NCBI GenBank assembly: GCA_043228905.1
Contig: JBHGNT010000002.1
Span: 21,576,001-21,640,000 of the forward strand
Reading direction: 5' to 3'
DNA length: 64,000 nucleotides
From: Azolla caroliniana
Taxonomy: Eukaryota > Plantae > Polypodiophyta
Both the position numbers and the translations under genes were made by a program. Below the pieces are notes generated by a model that saw only the letters and a list, made by a program, of their open reading frames with translations, did not search any database and was not told where the DNA came from. Shown piece after piece: positions 26,300 to 39,290 of the stretch; the first letter of the stretch is position 1; each line of letters starts with the position of its first letter.

Positions 26300-26556
26300 A
26301 TATACCCGACAACGGAAAACCCGGTGAGAACCGGATGTGGTGTACCCAACAACGGAAGACCCGGTGAGAACCGGATGTGGCGTACTCGGCAACGGAAGAC
26401 CTGGTGAGAACGGAATGTGGAGTACCCGGTAACGGAAGACCCGGTGAGAACCGGATGTGACGTACTCAACAACGGAAGACCCGGTGAGAACCGGATGTGG
26501 AGTACCCGGCAACGGAAGACCCGGTGAGAACCGGATGTTGCAGGCCCGGTGAGAAC
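26300..26556. repeat. ~40-bp tandem repeats in the U3 of the Copia LTR
   Basis: ACGGAAGACCCGGTGAGAACCGGATG.. about 6 units; 4 and 3 units in the two LTRs of C. Confidence 0.9.
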
Positions 26557-26711
26557 CTCACATCGGATGGAAGGGACATATATGTAAATATGTTTTAGAG
26601 AGCCCACTGGGGCTATATTTGTAAATAGCCCGAAAGTCATATTAGTATAAATATGACCTAGGGCAAACTTAATAGTTTGTTGTTGTTTTTTTTGGTGTAA
26701 CCTCTGTACAG

Positions 26712-26745
<34 letters not shown>

Positions 26746-29162
26746 CGACATACAGAGATCGTGTCTCTGTTGTAACCGCCACGAGGCGAAGATTGGGAGC
26801 AAGAGGTTGTTGCCTTTGTGCTCCCTATTGTATTACTTTACATAGTGATAGTTTGGAGTCTGTGGACTCCCGTGGTTTTTCCCTCTCAAGGTTTTCCACG
26901 TTAATATCCTGTGTATTCTCTTTTGTTTGTTCGTGCACTTACCTCCATTCCCATTTCTTCTGTGTTCGATTGTATCAAATGATTTACCCTTCGGTTGTTG
27001 CCGGAGGTTATTCCGCGTATTAAACGACAAACTGGTATTAGAGCGAAACAACACAGAAAAATGGACGATTCGTTGGGAGGCATGTTCAAGCTCACCGGCT
27101 CCAACTATTCACTGTGGAAGTCGAAGATGAGGGACATGCTCGTGGTTAAAGATCTTTGGTTGCCGGTTCAGTTCGGGGACAAGAGACCGGACAAAATCAA
27201 TGCCACGACATGGGAGGTGATGCACATGAAGACAACGGCGTACATACGGTGCTTCATCGACATGAGTCTATACAACAATTTCAATGAAGAGAGCAAGGGT
27301 CATGAGCTCTAGGAGAAGATCGGCATTATGTTTCAGAACAAAAAATGTCGTTAATCAGGTTTCGGTATTTCGGAAGCTAGTAAGACTCCGGTACCAAGAT
27401 GGCTCCAGCATGGCGGAGCACATGAATGCCTTCCAAGGGCTGATTCACCAGGAAACATCATTGGAAGTACCTCTCGCCGATGAGGTGCTAGCACTACTCC
27501 TGCTCGGTTCCCTCCCAGATAGCTGGAAAACGTTGGTTGTCACTTTGGGCAACACCAGGCCGGAAGGGAAACGGTTATCCCTAGCAAGAGTGAAGTCAAG
27601 CTTGCTAGATGAGGAGGCACGTCGGAGAGATAAAGATACGAGGTCCGACTCCAAAGTGCTACTTACCGAATTTGAACGCGGAAGACAAAGGAACCATAGT
27701 CCCCAAAACCGGGAAGAGTCGGGGACACGGTCAAAGGGGGAGGCGGACCTGCTTCTATTGTGGCAAGCCGGGACACTTCCAGAAGAACTGTCGGCACTTC
27801 CGAAAAGACAAGGAAACCGATGGTACCGATTCGAAGTGGACACCGGATTGGAACGGTAAAGACCGGAGGGGAATGGACAGGAAGGGTACGACGGCAATCG
27901 CGACAAGTGAAGAAGAGTTGATGCTCATCACCGAGGTGAGTGAGTTGAACCTTGCCAGCGATGAGATGACTTGGGTGGTCGACTCCAGAGCGTCATTCCA
28001 CCTTACCCCGGACCGGAAATGCTTCTCATCCTACTCAGACGGTGATCACAGCTGTGTCCGGATGGGGAATGAAGGTACATGCCGAATTGTCGGCATAGGA
28101 GACGTGTGGTTGACAACACCAACCGGATGCAAACTGCTGCTGAAGGATGTCCGACACGTTCTGGAGGTTCGTTTGAATCTGATATCAGTTGGTCGGCTAG
28201 ATGATGAAGGATACACAGGTAGCATTCGGAACAGTGTTATGAAGTTTAGCAACAGGAGCCTGATTGTGGCTCGGGCCCGGAAGGTCAACACGTTGTACCT
28301 GATGAATGCCTGGTTATGCCCAGAAGAAGTGAACGTGGCATCCGACACTGCCGGTGAGCTGTGGCACAAGAGGTTGTATCACATGAGCGAGAAGGGGATG
28401 AAGAGGCTTGCAGACGACAACGTCATTCCAGTGAAGAACGTGCACTTGGAGAAGTGCACGGTGACGAGGTATTCCTCGCGGATGCGTGGAATGAGGCGGG
28501 ACCTCGGGGGTCTTGTACCGAAGAGCAAGAGAGAAAGGAGAAGGGAACCCACCACGTGCGAGCGTAGATTCACAGGGACACGGCCCTTCGACACGCGAGT
28601 GGGACAGCGACACAGAGAGACACGAATGTATGTATGTATTAACAAAGACAAACAACAAGAACACGAAGTCGGTTACAACTGAACAGGCCGGCGAACAGAT
28701 GCCAATGCCGGTTCGTAAACGCACAGAAAGAAAGGAGTAGGTTGGAGGTGCTGCCGGAAGCACTCGGGTATTCCTCAGAGCAGTGCGAGCCTCCCGAAAC
28801 CTGCACAGAAGAAGCTATGGAGTTTGGAAGAGAGAGAAGCCTTCGGCCCACAATCCGACAGCACTTCGTCCTCTCTTAATTCGCGATCCTTCCTCCTCCT
28901 CGTCTCCCTCCTTTTATAGGCAAGGAAGGAGCCGTTTCCTATTAACTTCCTACCTACCGAATCTACCTACCTAGGATCTCCCATGTCCCTAATTCTCTCC
29001 TATGTACAACACAAGGCGTACGTGCATGAAGAGCCGGTTCCTATGCTCCGGCGCACCGATTCCGCTTGTGGACGGTTTTCTTCACGACATCCGCCCCCAC
29101 CTAACCGCGCATCCACCGGCATGCGCCAAATTGAGTTGGGAAGGAGAAAACCGGTCCAGCAT

Positions 29163-32100
29163 TCATTCCCCACCCGTCGGTTCTTCCTCGGTTTCGGATC
29201 GTTCGTCGTTCCGGTCCAGGTTAACCGGATCCGGCTCGTCGTCGTGACGCTTCTTGAACGCTTTGATCCGCTTCCCAGCTACCGGTATCGCCATTCTCGT
29301 GCCGTCGAGTTCCGCTAGATGGTACATCCCGTTGTCGTTGGCGCTTTGTAGCACGTAAGGCCCGAACCACCTTCTTGCGAACTTCTGCGTCGCGCGGCGA
29401 TGGTTGTCGAGGCTGCTGTCGTAGACTAGCACCCAGTCGCCTTCCTCGATCCTCTTCGGTCGGAGCTGGTGCGTTCGGTCGAACCGGGCTTTGTTCCTCG
29501 TCCTTGCCACCCGAAGCTTTTCCGCAGCCTGCTCCACGTCCTCCGGTCTTCGCTCGAGTTGTCGTATGCGCGCCGCCAACAGTTCCTCCCGGCTCATCTC
29601 GTCTTTCCAGTCCACGGTTGCCCATGAGGAGATCGTACGTTCCATCGGCATGATCGGCTTCTGCCCAAACATGAGCTCTGCCGGCATGAATCCGGTTACC
29701 GAACTGTGCGTAGTTCGGTCAGCCCACAACGCGTAAGGGAGCAGCCGCGGCCAGTTCCCGACTTGACATCCGCATGCCCGAACTAACGCCTTGATGATCG
29801 GTCCGTGTCCGCGCTCCACCTTCCCATTCGCCTCCGGATTGTACGCAGTGGTAAGCGAGAGCTTGACTCCTAGCCGGTCGAACAGCTCTTCGGCCTCTTC
29901 GGCGTCCAACTCCCCGCGATCAGCCACGATCTTCCCGACACACCCGTACCGGCATATCACGTCCTCAATCAGGAACCGACATACGGCCGTGGTCGTTTTG
30001 TTCTGAAGGGCTCGACCTTCTACCTGGTTCGTCAGATCTTCCCGAGCCAGGACCAGATACCGCATCTGTCCTACTCCCATCGGCATCGTCACCAGGTCTA
30101 CCATCCATTTGAAGTGGATGGTCGGAGGGTACGTAGGGTGAAGCTCGTCCCGATGTCGGACTACGGAGTGCATCTGACAGCTCTCGCAAGTTGTCACGAA
30201 CTGATGCACGTCCCGGTACAATCCCGGCCACCAGTACTTCCCCTTTATCTTCTCGAACGTGGCCCACGTTCCACAGTGTCCAGCCCAAGGGCTCTCGTGG
30301 TAGGCCGTCATCAGCTCCTCCTGTTCTTCCTTCATCGTTACCACCCGGAGCGGGACGCCGTTCCTCTTCTTCGGGTGCTTCCATAAGTATCCGTCCCGGA
30401 GAAAGAATTGGTAAGCTTTCTTCTGGATCCGGTTGGCCTCGTCCTTCGTTCATGACGCATTCGGCGTCATTGACCTCAAAAATCCACCGATCTGGAGCCA
30501 CTTGCCGTCGTACTTGCTCTCGTCGAAGTCGTTAAGTGCCGGAGTGCTCGTCCCATCGGTCGTCACGTACGTTGCTCCGAAGAAGTCCACGCCGACTTCT
30601 TCGTCCTCCGAAACCATGCCGCCCTCGTCATCAAACCTCACCCTCGAAAGCATGTCGGCCATGGCGTTGTCCTTTCCGGAAATGTGCCGTATTGCTGGGT
30701 CTAGGGACTTGATGTACGCTATCCACCTGAGCATCGCCAGGTCCGGTGTCGCGCATCCGGAAACCATGCCAAGAATTGGCAAGCAATCCGTCTCGATAAT
30801 CACTTCCGTCCTGATCAGGTAGTCTTTGTCGGCCTTTACTACTGAAACGATACCCCAAAGTTCGCGTTTAACCTGGGCGTACCCTCGCTGTCGCTCACTG
30901 AGGACCTTTGCGCCGAATCGGATCGGGAACCGAATGCCATGCTCGTCTTCTTGGTTGACGACCCATCCGATCCCGGTCGGACTCGTATCCACCGTTATGT
31001 ATACCGGGGTACCCTTCTCGTAGACAACCTTCCGGAGCGCCGGTACTGCCGCAAGAGCTTCCTTCAGCTTCTAGACCGACTCCGTGTGCTCGTCTCGCCA
31101 CTCGAATTTTCGCCCCTTCTTCAGCAACCCGTATAGCGGCTCTGCAACGTGGGCGTAGTGCGGGATCCATATGTGGTAGAACGCGCATGCCCCCAGGAAC
31201 CTCCGAACTTCCGTAACCGAGCTACAGTCGGTCTTCATCGCGGAGATGGCTTCCGGCCATACGGTCCACACAGGTGTTCGACCACCAGGATTTCTGACTA
31301 CCCGAAGGCCGATTTCTCCCCGGAGAAGGTGAGCCTCGCATCCTCTAGCCTTTGTAGCACCTTCTCGCAGTCGTCGATGTGTGTTGCCACGAATCGCCGG
31401 CATCCGTCCGGCCCGACTATCTCGTCCTTCTCTTCCACCGGGCACCCCTTTATCGGGATGTCGTCCAGAAATGGCATGGTGATGTCCGGGATGCAATCCC
31501 TCAGTACCTTGTTCATTCCATTCACCATGTGGGCCAACGAGTTGGTCCCTCCTTGTGGTAGGGTACACATTCGCACTAGGCCGAGGGGAGTTCGCATCGT
31601 CGTAATGTCTCTGCTCTCCACGGCTAGCTGGAACTGGTCGTACCCCGAGTACAGATCACCGACCGAGTAAATCGACCTTCTGGCGAAGGCCTCCGCGAAC
31701 TCGTCTATGGTCGGTCTGATTCCTGCGTTCCGAATGGTCACTCTGTTGACCGGCTGCAGGTCCTGAATGAAGCGCAATGTTCCGTTTTTCTTTGGTACGG
31801 TAAACCATCGGTTCGAGTATGGCGCGCTCGACGGTTCGAGAATACCCATATCAACTGTCTGCCTCAGTAGCTCTATCAACTCCAGGATGTGAGCTCTTGG
31901 TATTGGAATCGGCTTGAGATTCCAAGGCACATGCGGTACCGTGAATATCACCATCGGCTCCACGATTGTCGGGTCTATGCACCCGATCTCCTCCGGCGAG
32001 AATGCGAAGGCTTTCCCGTGCCTTCCGAGCATTCTCCGAAACCGGTCTTCCTTCGCCGGCAGTAGGAACCTGCCCCCACCCATTTTGAGTTCTCGGAGCG

Positions 32101-32644
32101 TCCCGTAGGTGAAGGTGTGTCCTATGCAGGCCGGATCTCGTAAACTGGGGTCCGACGCAACCCCTCTGATTCGGGACTCGCTGCCCTCCGGTAAGGGTGC
32201 CGCGACCGGCCTTACCTTCCGGTCCACAGTCTTGTACCTCGTACTAACTCGGGCCGTCCGATCCGACCAGAGCCCCTGGCTGATGTTCGCGATGACTTCG
32301 TACATCTCTTCGGAACATACCGGCATCGTCCGGTCTTCGTTAAGGTCTTCTCCGGCTACCTTCCTCAGCATTCCCAAGGTGTCGTCGAAGGAGACCGCCT
32401 CCACGGCTCCGCTGATTTCCTCGTCCGGGCCGAGAACTCCGCACGCTCGAAGTCGTACTTCCGCCCTTGCCTTTTCTCGGCCAACGATGCCAACTAACAT
32501 ACACCCTCCGTTGTCGGAGAAGCAAAATTTTCTACCTATCTTACAAGGTTTCTTCGGTTTCGGTTCTATCGTACAGTTGTGGGGTCTTTCCCGAGTGTCC
32601 GGACTGTCTCGGCCCCACGCCTTGGCAGCCCTCTCTAAAAATCC
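29163..32644 (-). pseudogene. pol: RT-RNaseH-integrase of I
   Basis: FLDD RT, DTS/E/ETD RNase H, HHCC-core-GPY integrase; a few stops and indels. Confidence 0.9.
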
Positions 32645-34758
32645 TCTCGGTTCTCCCCACCGAGGGATTCGCGGTTTCGCTCGTGGTTCGGCCGCACCGT
32701 CAGAAATTGGACCGAATGGCGCCCGTCCTGGCTCTTGACCCTCACGTAGGCCGAACCGTTGTCCAACACTTTGGTCTCCATTCGCGCCGCTGTGATGTAT
32801 GGTTCCCCTAATATGACCGGATGCGAGGACGTCTCCTACACGAAGAAGTGCTGGTCAATCTCGACGTCGCCAATCTTGACTCGCACGTTCGGGCAGGCCC
32901 CGTGCAGTTCCTCGGTGGCGCGCGTCGCCGCCCGTATCTTCCACCCGTGCTTGGTGTTGATCGGCCACTTTCCCTTCTTATAGAAGTCCATGGACATCAG
33001 GTTTATTTCCGAACCGTGGTCCACCAATGCCACCACCGGTTCTTGAACATCTCCGATCTTTACCGGGGTCTCCGTGGTCGCTCGGGCGCAGTGTGGCCTC
33101 GAATAGTGGCTCTCTGCCCACTCGTCTTCCATCGCCATGTCGTCGATGTGCGTCGTCCGCACCTCCATCGGCCTTTCCGGTTCCATCTCCGTCGACAGCC
33201 TCTTCCGCTTCACCAAGTCTACAATGGAGTCGTGGAACTTCTTGGCGATCCCTAGCACCTCCCGCAATGACAGCTCCACTTTGTTGTCGAGGATCCGTTC
33301 TTCTAGGACCTTTCGTAGGTCCGTAGTCCTTTCTATTTCCGTCCCCAGTCAATATCCGCCCATCCTGGGGTTATCTTGTGCGCTGGGCCCACCGGCTTCG
33401 TTCCGTTGTTGCCCGAATCGGGTCTCGTATCGTTGGGAGGGCCCGGCCGCTCCGGCTTTCCCCACTCGTTTGTCTTCTACCAGAGCCTCGTAGTTCCGGC
33501 AGGCGGCTTCTACGAAGCCTGTCTTCTCCTCGACCGGATCGCTCCACCCGGTTATTTCCCGGACCCGTCTCTCAGCGTGGTCCGTTTCATCTTTCCTTAG
33601 CCGTGCGCCGGCGAGACCTTCCAGCATTGCCGACCAGAATCCGTCTTTGCCCTCCTTTCGGGCCTCGCTGCCCCCGACCCGAATGCCGGCCGACACCGAG
33701 TAGTGGATGGCCTCCACGTGTCGGGCCGCTGCCTCTTCCATCAGTCTCTTCATACATCCTCGCCCGTCGTTTCGGTTTAGGGCCCTTCTGGTGTCGCCTG
33801 CATGCACCCGGCCTTCCCACAGGTACACCACCCGGTTCCTCAACGCTTCTGCGAAATCGCCGCAGTCCTTCCGGATGTGGCCAACCTCGTCGCACCACAT
33901 GCACCTGTTCCCTGCTGCCGGCCGTCGGTCACGAGCCGGTTCGCCGCCTTCCCTTCGAGTCCGGGCGATCTGGAGATCCTTTATCGCCCGCGTCAACTCC
34001 TCCAGCGTTGCTCCTCCGGATGAGCCATTGACCATGCCGGTCGAAGCCGAACCGGTTTCGAGCCACTCCCAGGCTTCTGCCCTTCGCTCTTGCGGTGCCG
34101 GTTCAAGCCTCCTTGCTGTGACAGAGCCCGCACCGGCCACCCCGTTATCAGCCCATTCTCGCCGTTTGTCGAAACGGCCACAGACTCTCTTAATCGTAGC
34201 CCAGTCGGTCGTCAGCCCGTCTTCGGTTTCCAGCAAGGAGCCGACTTGATCCCGGTCCCGCTCGTCCACCGACTTGACGAACAGTAGGACCCGGCTCGTA
34301 TCCAGAATGGTTCGATCAAGCGCCGAAAGGCGCGCAAAGCGTTCCTCAAACTCCCGGAGGAGTGCCGACACGTTTCTTCCCTTGCCGGGGGACTCCACCC
34401 ATTCCATGAAGTCTCGTTTCGAAAGCCGGAGCGCGTCATCCAGCCCGTATTTTTCTAGGAGTCGGCCTTCGAACTTCTCCCAGGTACGGCTCTCCGCCCG
34501 TACCTCGAGCACCTCCGCATGGATGCTCGGCATCGCCACTCGAGGGAACCCGGCAAGACGCCTCTCTTCCGGAATGTCCCGCATCAGCATTTCTGCCCTG
34601 TAGGACGCCAAATACTTCGTGGCATCCTTTCCGCTGAACCGGCCGATCGTACCGACGACCGCCTCAATGGCTCTGTCGAGGGCGCCGGAGCCCTCGCGTG
34701 CGCTCAATATCCGATCCACGGCCGAAGCCATGGCCTCCGCAAGATCCGACCCTTTCAT
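32635..34758 (-). pseudogene. gag: gag-protease of I
   Basis: CMWCDEVGHIRKDC knuckle; LVDHGSEINL protease. Confidence 0.9.
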
Positions 34759-34780
34759 CTTCTGCTCTTCTGCCGCCTCC

Positions 34781-34798
34781 TTCACGTCGGGTTCACCA
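34781..34798 (-). promoter_or_regulatory. Primer binding site complementary to the tRNA-Trp 3' end
   Basis: TGGTGAACCCGACGTGAA is the complement of ...TTCACGTCGGGTTCACCA (plant cytosolic tRNA-Trp 3' end, recalled rather than searched). Confidence 0.85.
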
Positions 34799-37700
34799 AG
34801 ATGTCGAGGTATTCCTCGCGGATGCGTGGAATGAGGCGGGACCTCGGGGGTCTTGTACCGAAGAGTAAGAGAGAAAGGAGAAGGGAACCCACCACGTGCG
34901 AGCGTAGATTCACAGGGACACGGCCCTTCGACACAAAGATGCGAGTGGGACAGCAACACAGAGAGACACGAATGTATGTATGTATTAACAAAGACAAACA
35001 ACAAGAACACGAAGTCGGTTACAACCGAACAAGCCGGCGAACAGATGCCGATGCCTGTTCGTAAACGCACAGAAAGAAAGGAGTAGGTTGGAGGTGCTGC
35101 CGGAAGCACTCGGGCATTCCTCAGAGCAGCGCGAGCCTCCTGAAACCTGCACAGAAGAAGTTATGGAGTTTGGAAGAGAGAGAAGCCTTCGGCCCACAAT
35201 CCGACAGCACTTCGTCCTCTCTTACTTCGCGATCCTTCCTCCTCCTCGTCTCCCTCCTTTTATACGCAAGGAAGGAGCCGTTTCCTATTAACTTCCTACC
35301 TACTGAATCTACCTACCTAGGATCTCTCATGTCCCTAATTCTCTCCTATGTACAACACAAGGCGTACGTGCATGAAGAGCCGGTTCCTATGCTCCGGCGC
35401 ACCAATTCCGCTTGTGGACGGTTTTCTTCACGACAACGGATTGTCTGGCCGGTAAACAAAACCAGACCTCCTTCTGATCGAGGCCACCGATGAGACGTAC
35501 TACACCACTAGAGTTGGTGCATACTAATGTATGTCAAGTGGACACGAAGTCACATGCCGAATCGAAGTACTTCATGACGTTCATAGATGACCATAGCCGG
35601 AAGCTGTGGGCCACACCACTAAAGAGGAAGGATCAGGTGCTATCTATCTTCAAAGATCTCCATGCGAGAGTGGAAAGAGAAACCGGCCGAAAGCTTAAGG
35701 CGATTCGAGCAGATAACGGAGGTGAATACCGGGGGCAGTTCGAGGAGTACTGCCGCTCGAAGGGAATCTGGCTCGAATTTACCGTGCCGAAGATGCGGGC
35801 ACTAAACGGGCTGGCCGAGATGATGAACCAGACCATAATGGAGAGGGTCCGGAGTATGTTGGCGCATGCAAAACTACCCAAGAAGTTTTGGGCTGAGGCA
35901 CTATCGACGGCAACATATGTGATAAAGAGATCACCCTTAGTACCCTTCGACAGAGACACGCCACAGAGTGTCTGGACCGGTAAGGAAGTGTCCTACCGGC
36001 ATCTGAAGGTATTTGGGTGTCTTGCGTATGTGCATGTTGCTAAGGACCGGAGAGGAAAATTAGATTCGAAGACCCGGCCATGCATATTCCTCGGTTACGG
36101 CGATGATGAGTTCGGCTACCAAGTGTGGGACCTGGCCGACAAGAAGGAATTCCAGAGTCGAGATATTATCTTCATGGAGGATCGATTCTATGATGAGCAG
36201 ACCCAACCGGCAAGAGACCGGTTAGCACTTGATGAACCGACCGGTGACGGTAAGGAGACAAGCCAGGCCGAAGAAGAAGGAATAGGTGAAATTGGAACCG
36301 GCCAAGACCCCGAATCGGATTCGAGTGAAGAACAAATAGAGGAGCCGGTTGCCGAAAGCCAAAGACGGAGATATCCTCTCAGAGAGAGAAGGGCCCCCAG
36401 AGATTTCCAGATGCAGAACATGTGCTGCTAACCGATGAGGGGGAGCCAGAAAGCTTCGAGGAAGCTAAAAGTGACGCCCATAGCCGCAAATGGTTAAGTG
36501 CCATGCAGGATGAGATGGATTCCCTGCATGAGAACCATATGTACAAATTGGTGGAGTTGTTGAAAGGAAAGCGGACAATCCGAAACAAGTGGGTGTACAA
36601 GTTGAAATCGGGAGATTCCGGCAACCCCCCATGATACAAGGCCAGGATCGTGGTGAAGGGGTTCCAATAAAAGAAGGGCGTGGAATTCGACGAGATATTT
36701 GCCCTGGTAGTAAAGATGACTTCCATCCGGACGATGCTGAGTATAGCGGCAAGCGTGGACCTCGAGGTAGAGCAGCTGGACGTGAAGACGGCATTCCTTC
36801 ACGGTGACCTCGAAGAGGAGATCTACATGCAGCAGCCGGAAGGATTCGTGGAGAAAGGGAAGGAGCACCTGGTTTGCCGGTTGAAGAAGAGCCTGGAAGG
36901 ACTGAAGCAGGCTCCCCGACAATGGTACCAGAAGTTCGACTCCTTCATGAACGATCAAGGGTGCCACAAGACGCAGGCCGATCACTGCGTGTTTGTGAAG
37001 AAGTTCGAAGGAGGCGACTTCCTGATACTCCTTCTGTACATGGACGACATGTTGATCGTCGGACGGGACCAAGCTAGAATACGGATGCTGAAGAAGGCTC
37101 TCAACCGAACTTTCGCAATGAAAGACTTGGGTCCGGCAAGAGAGATGTTGGGGATGCATATCATCCGAGACCAGGCAACGAAGCAATTGTGACTGTCACA
37201 GGAGAAATACATGACAAAGGTGCTTCATCGGTTGAACATGTTAGAAGCAAAACCGGTCGGATCGACACTCCCGACAAACTGCAGACTATCCGGTAAACAA
37301 AACCCGAAGACGAAAGCATAGAAGGCTGATATGATGAAGGTTCCATATGCCTCTGCCGTTGGGAGCTTGATGTACGCAATGGTGTGTACATCACCGGATA
37401 TTGGATACGCAGTCGGAGTGGTGAGCCGGTTTATGAGCATGATATTGTGAAGGGCCTCAAGACCGAAGATGAGTTGGAGACAACCAACTCGGACAATAGC
37501 GGGAACAAATCAGAGGTAGCCGATTCAGTTCAAAAGCTTGGTTTGGACAAGCCAATCAATTGAAGGCCAAGAGGACGAGAAGGCAGCTGACTCGTAGGAC
37601 CTGACGAGTCGAGAAGCGTCAAAGTCACAGCAGTGAAAGAGTTGAGATGGGCCTGTTGAGCAAGCAAGTGGACGAAGGAGGTCGTGGAGCAGGGAACCAG

Positions 37701-38484
37701 ACGTGTCCTGGAAAGCAGGACCGGACCGGACAAGGATCGTGAGGCGTGAAGACGCCAGGAGGAGCTGGAGGAAAGCACCGACAGACATTGACACCATGTT
37801 GTTGGGGTGGGGGGTGAAGCCTAAAATGGCTTCACCCCCCCCTCCCAAGGGGGTTAAGTTAGTGAGAGAGCTAGAGAGGAAGACAAATTGAAAATTACAC
37901 AAAATGAGAGGGGAAAAATGTATATCTCATTACATACCCCATAGGGGGTTTATATAATACATCCAATGTAAGGGTTACATGACCGTTACACATTCTTGTA
38001 CACATGCACATAATTGTGCATGTGTCCATACACACACTCATCCTCACACACTCATTTACTTTACACATACACATCAACCACATCATTACACATACCCTTA
38101 TGCCTCCCCGTATATTCTTACGGGTAACACATGGCACGCTTGTGGAACAGTGCATTGCACGGTGAACCCACTCGCCATGACAACTCTTCTCGAGCGGAAC
38201 TCCATCGGTCGTCTCAACGGTCGGAAATCCCTTGACCGGATCACTGCTCTACAATCGATAACTTCGATCGGAGCTTTCCTTGACTCGAACCTTCTCATTC
38301 GGTCAGCACAAGTCGCAATTGGATCATACACCAATCGGCTAGTTCACTGTGGCATGGGTCGTGAAATTGTGTTGTGCTATTGTGTATTCCTTCTTTCATC
38401 ATGTGAAGTGAGTTTTATATTTTGTACCCTTTGGTCTTTAAAATTTTTCCCTCACTTTTTCTTTTTCTTTTTAAAAAGAAAAAA

Positions 38485-38752
38485 AATCTCTTCTACCGTC
38501 CAGTTTTTTTTTTTAATTCATCTTCTGCCCTTGAGCTTTTGAAAAAATTTCTTCTACCCTTCAGTTTTGGAAATTTGGTCTCATGACCTCGAGCTTTTGA
38601 AATTCCGTCATCTGCCCTCGAACTTCTGAAATTTGGTTTTGATGCCCTCCAATTTTTGAAATTTTGCGATTTGCTCTCACGCTTTTTGAAATCTCAGTTC
38701 ATGCCCTTGAGGTTTTGAAATTTCATCTTCTCTGCCCTTATATTTTTTGAAT
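38485..38752. repeat. Degenerate ~31-bp tandem repeats (TGCCCTYGAGYTTTTGAAATT)
   Basis: About 8-9 diverged units; resembles the subterminal repeats of a DNA transposon. Confidence 0.6.
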
Positions 38753-39290
38753 GCCCTTCTCTTCTTGCTTCCATTCATATTCTCACCTTTCACTTCTAGC
38801 AGATTGCGGCGGCGACGACGACAACAATAGTGGATGTGGTGGTGGTAACAATGGCGGGGTCCAGGATATCACTTCCCCTTGTGTTGCAATCATCGAGGAT
38901 GCTGCTGATAATCTTGCATTCCCGAAGGTTATTCCATGCCACAAGGTTGTGCCAGAAGAATTATTGCGCATGGTGGAGTACGAAAGAGGAATTCATAACA
39001 GAGCACTCCTAAGCTCCAGATATCCTCACACCCTCATATGCTCCACTATCTCCCTTCTCAACTGATGCTCCACCTGTAACTGTTGTAGTTGTTTCTTCAA
39101 CAACACCTTCAATGCTACCATGTACTTGCTCTTCTTCTCTCTTGCAGGTAAACATGTCATTATTTCCTTCTGCTGAGGGGCTTTCTGATGTCGAAGTCCC
39201 CATGGATTTCCTTGTTTTCCATTCCAGATTCAGCAGAAGACATTCGTGAATTGACCATGGCTTCGTTGACACCTCAACTAAAGCACACAG

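Larger units (their letters stand above)
28462..35435 (-). mobile_element. Full-length Ty3/Gypsy element I (tRNA-Trp-primed family)
   Basis: LTRs 34802-35435 and 28462-29089; ACGG TSD restores Copia EKCTDCLAGKQ; PBS, PPT, gag-PR and RT-RH-IN. Confidence 0.96.
26238..37439 (+). mobile_element. Ty1/Copia element D (same family as C), split by Gypsy I, lacking RNase H and 3' LTR
   Basis: 5' LTR 26238-27029; PBS TGGTATTAGAGC (tRNA-iMet-like) 27033-27044; gag (CFYCGKPGHFQKNC), PR (WVVDSRAS), IN (DDHSR, RADNGGEY) and RT (LDVKTAFLHG, YMDD). Confidence 0.93.

Noticed and set aside
34781-34798. tRNA-Trp gene
   Set aside because: Only the 18-nt 3' end including CCA, adjacent to an LTR; this is a PBS.
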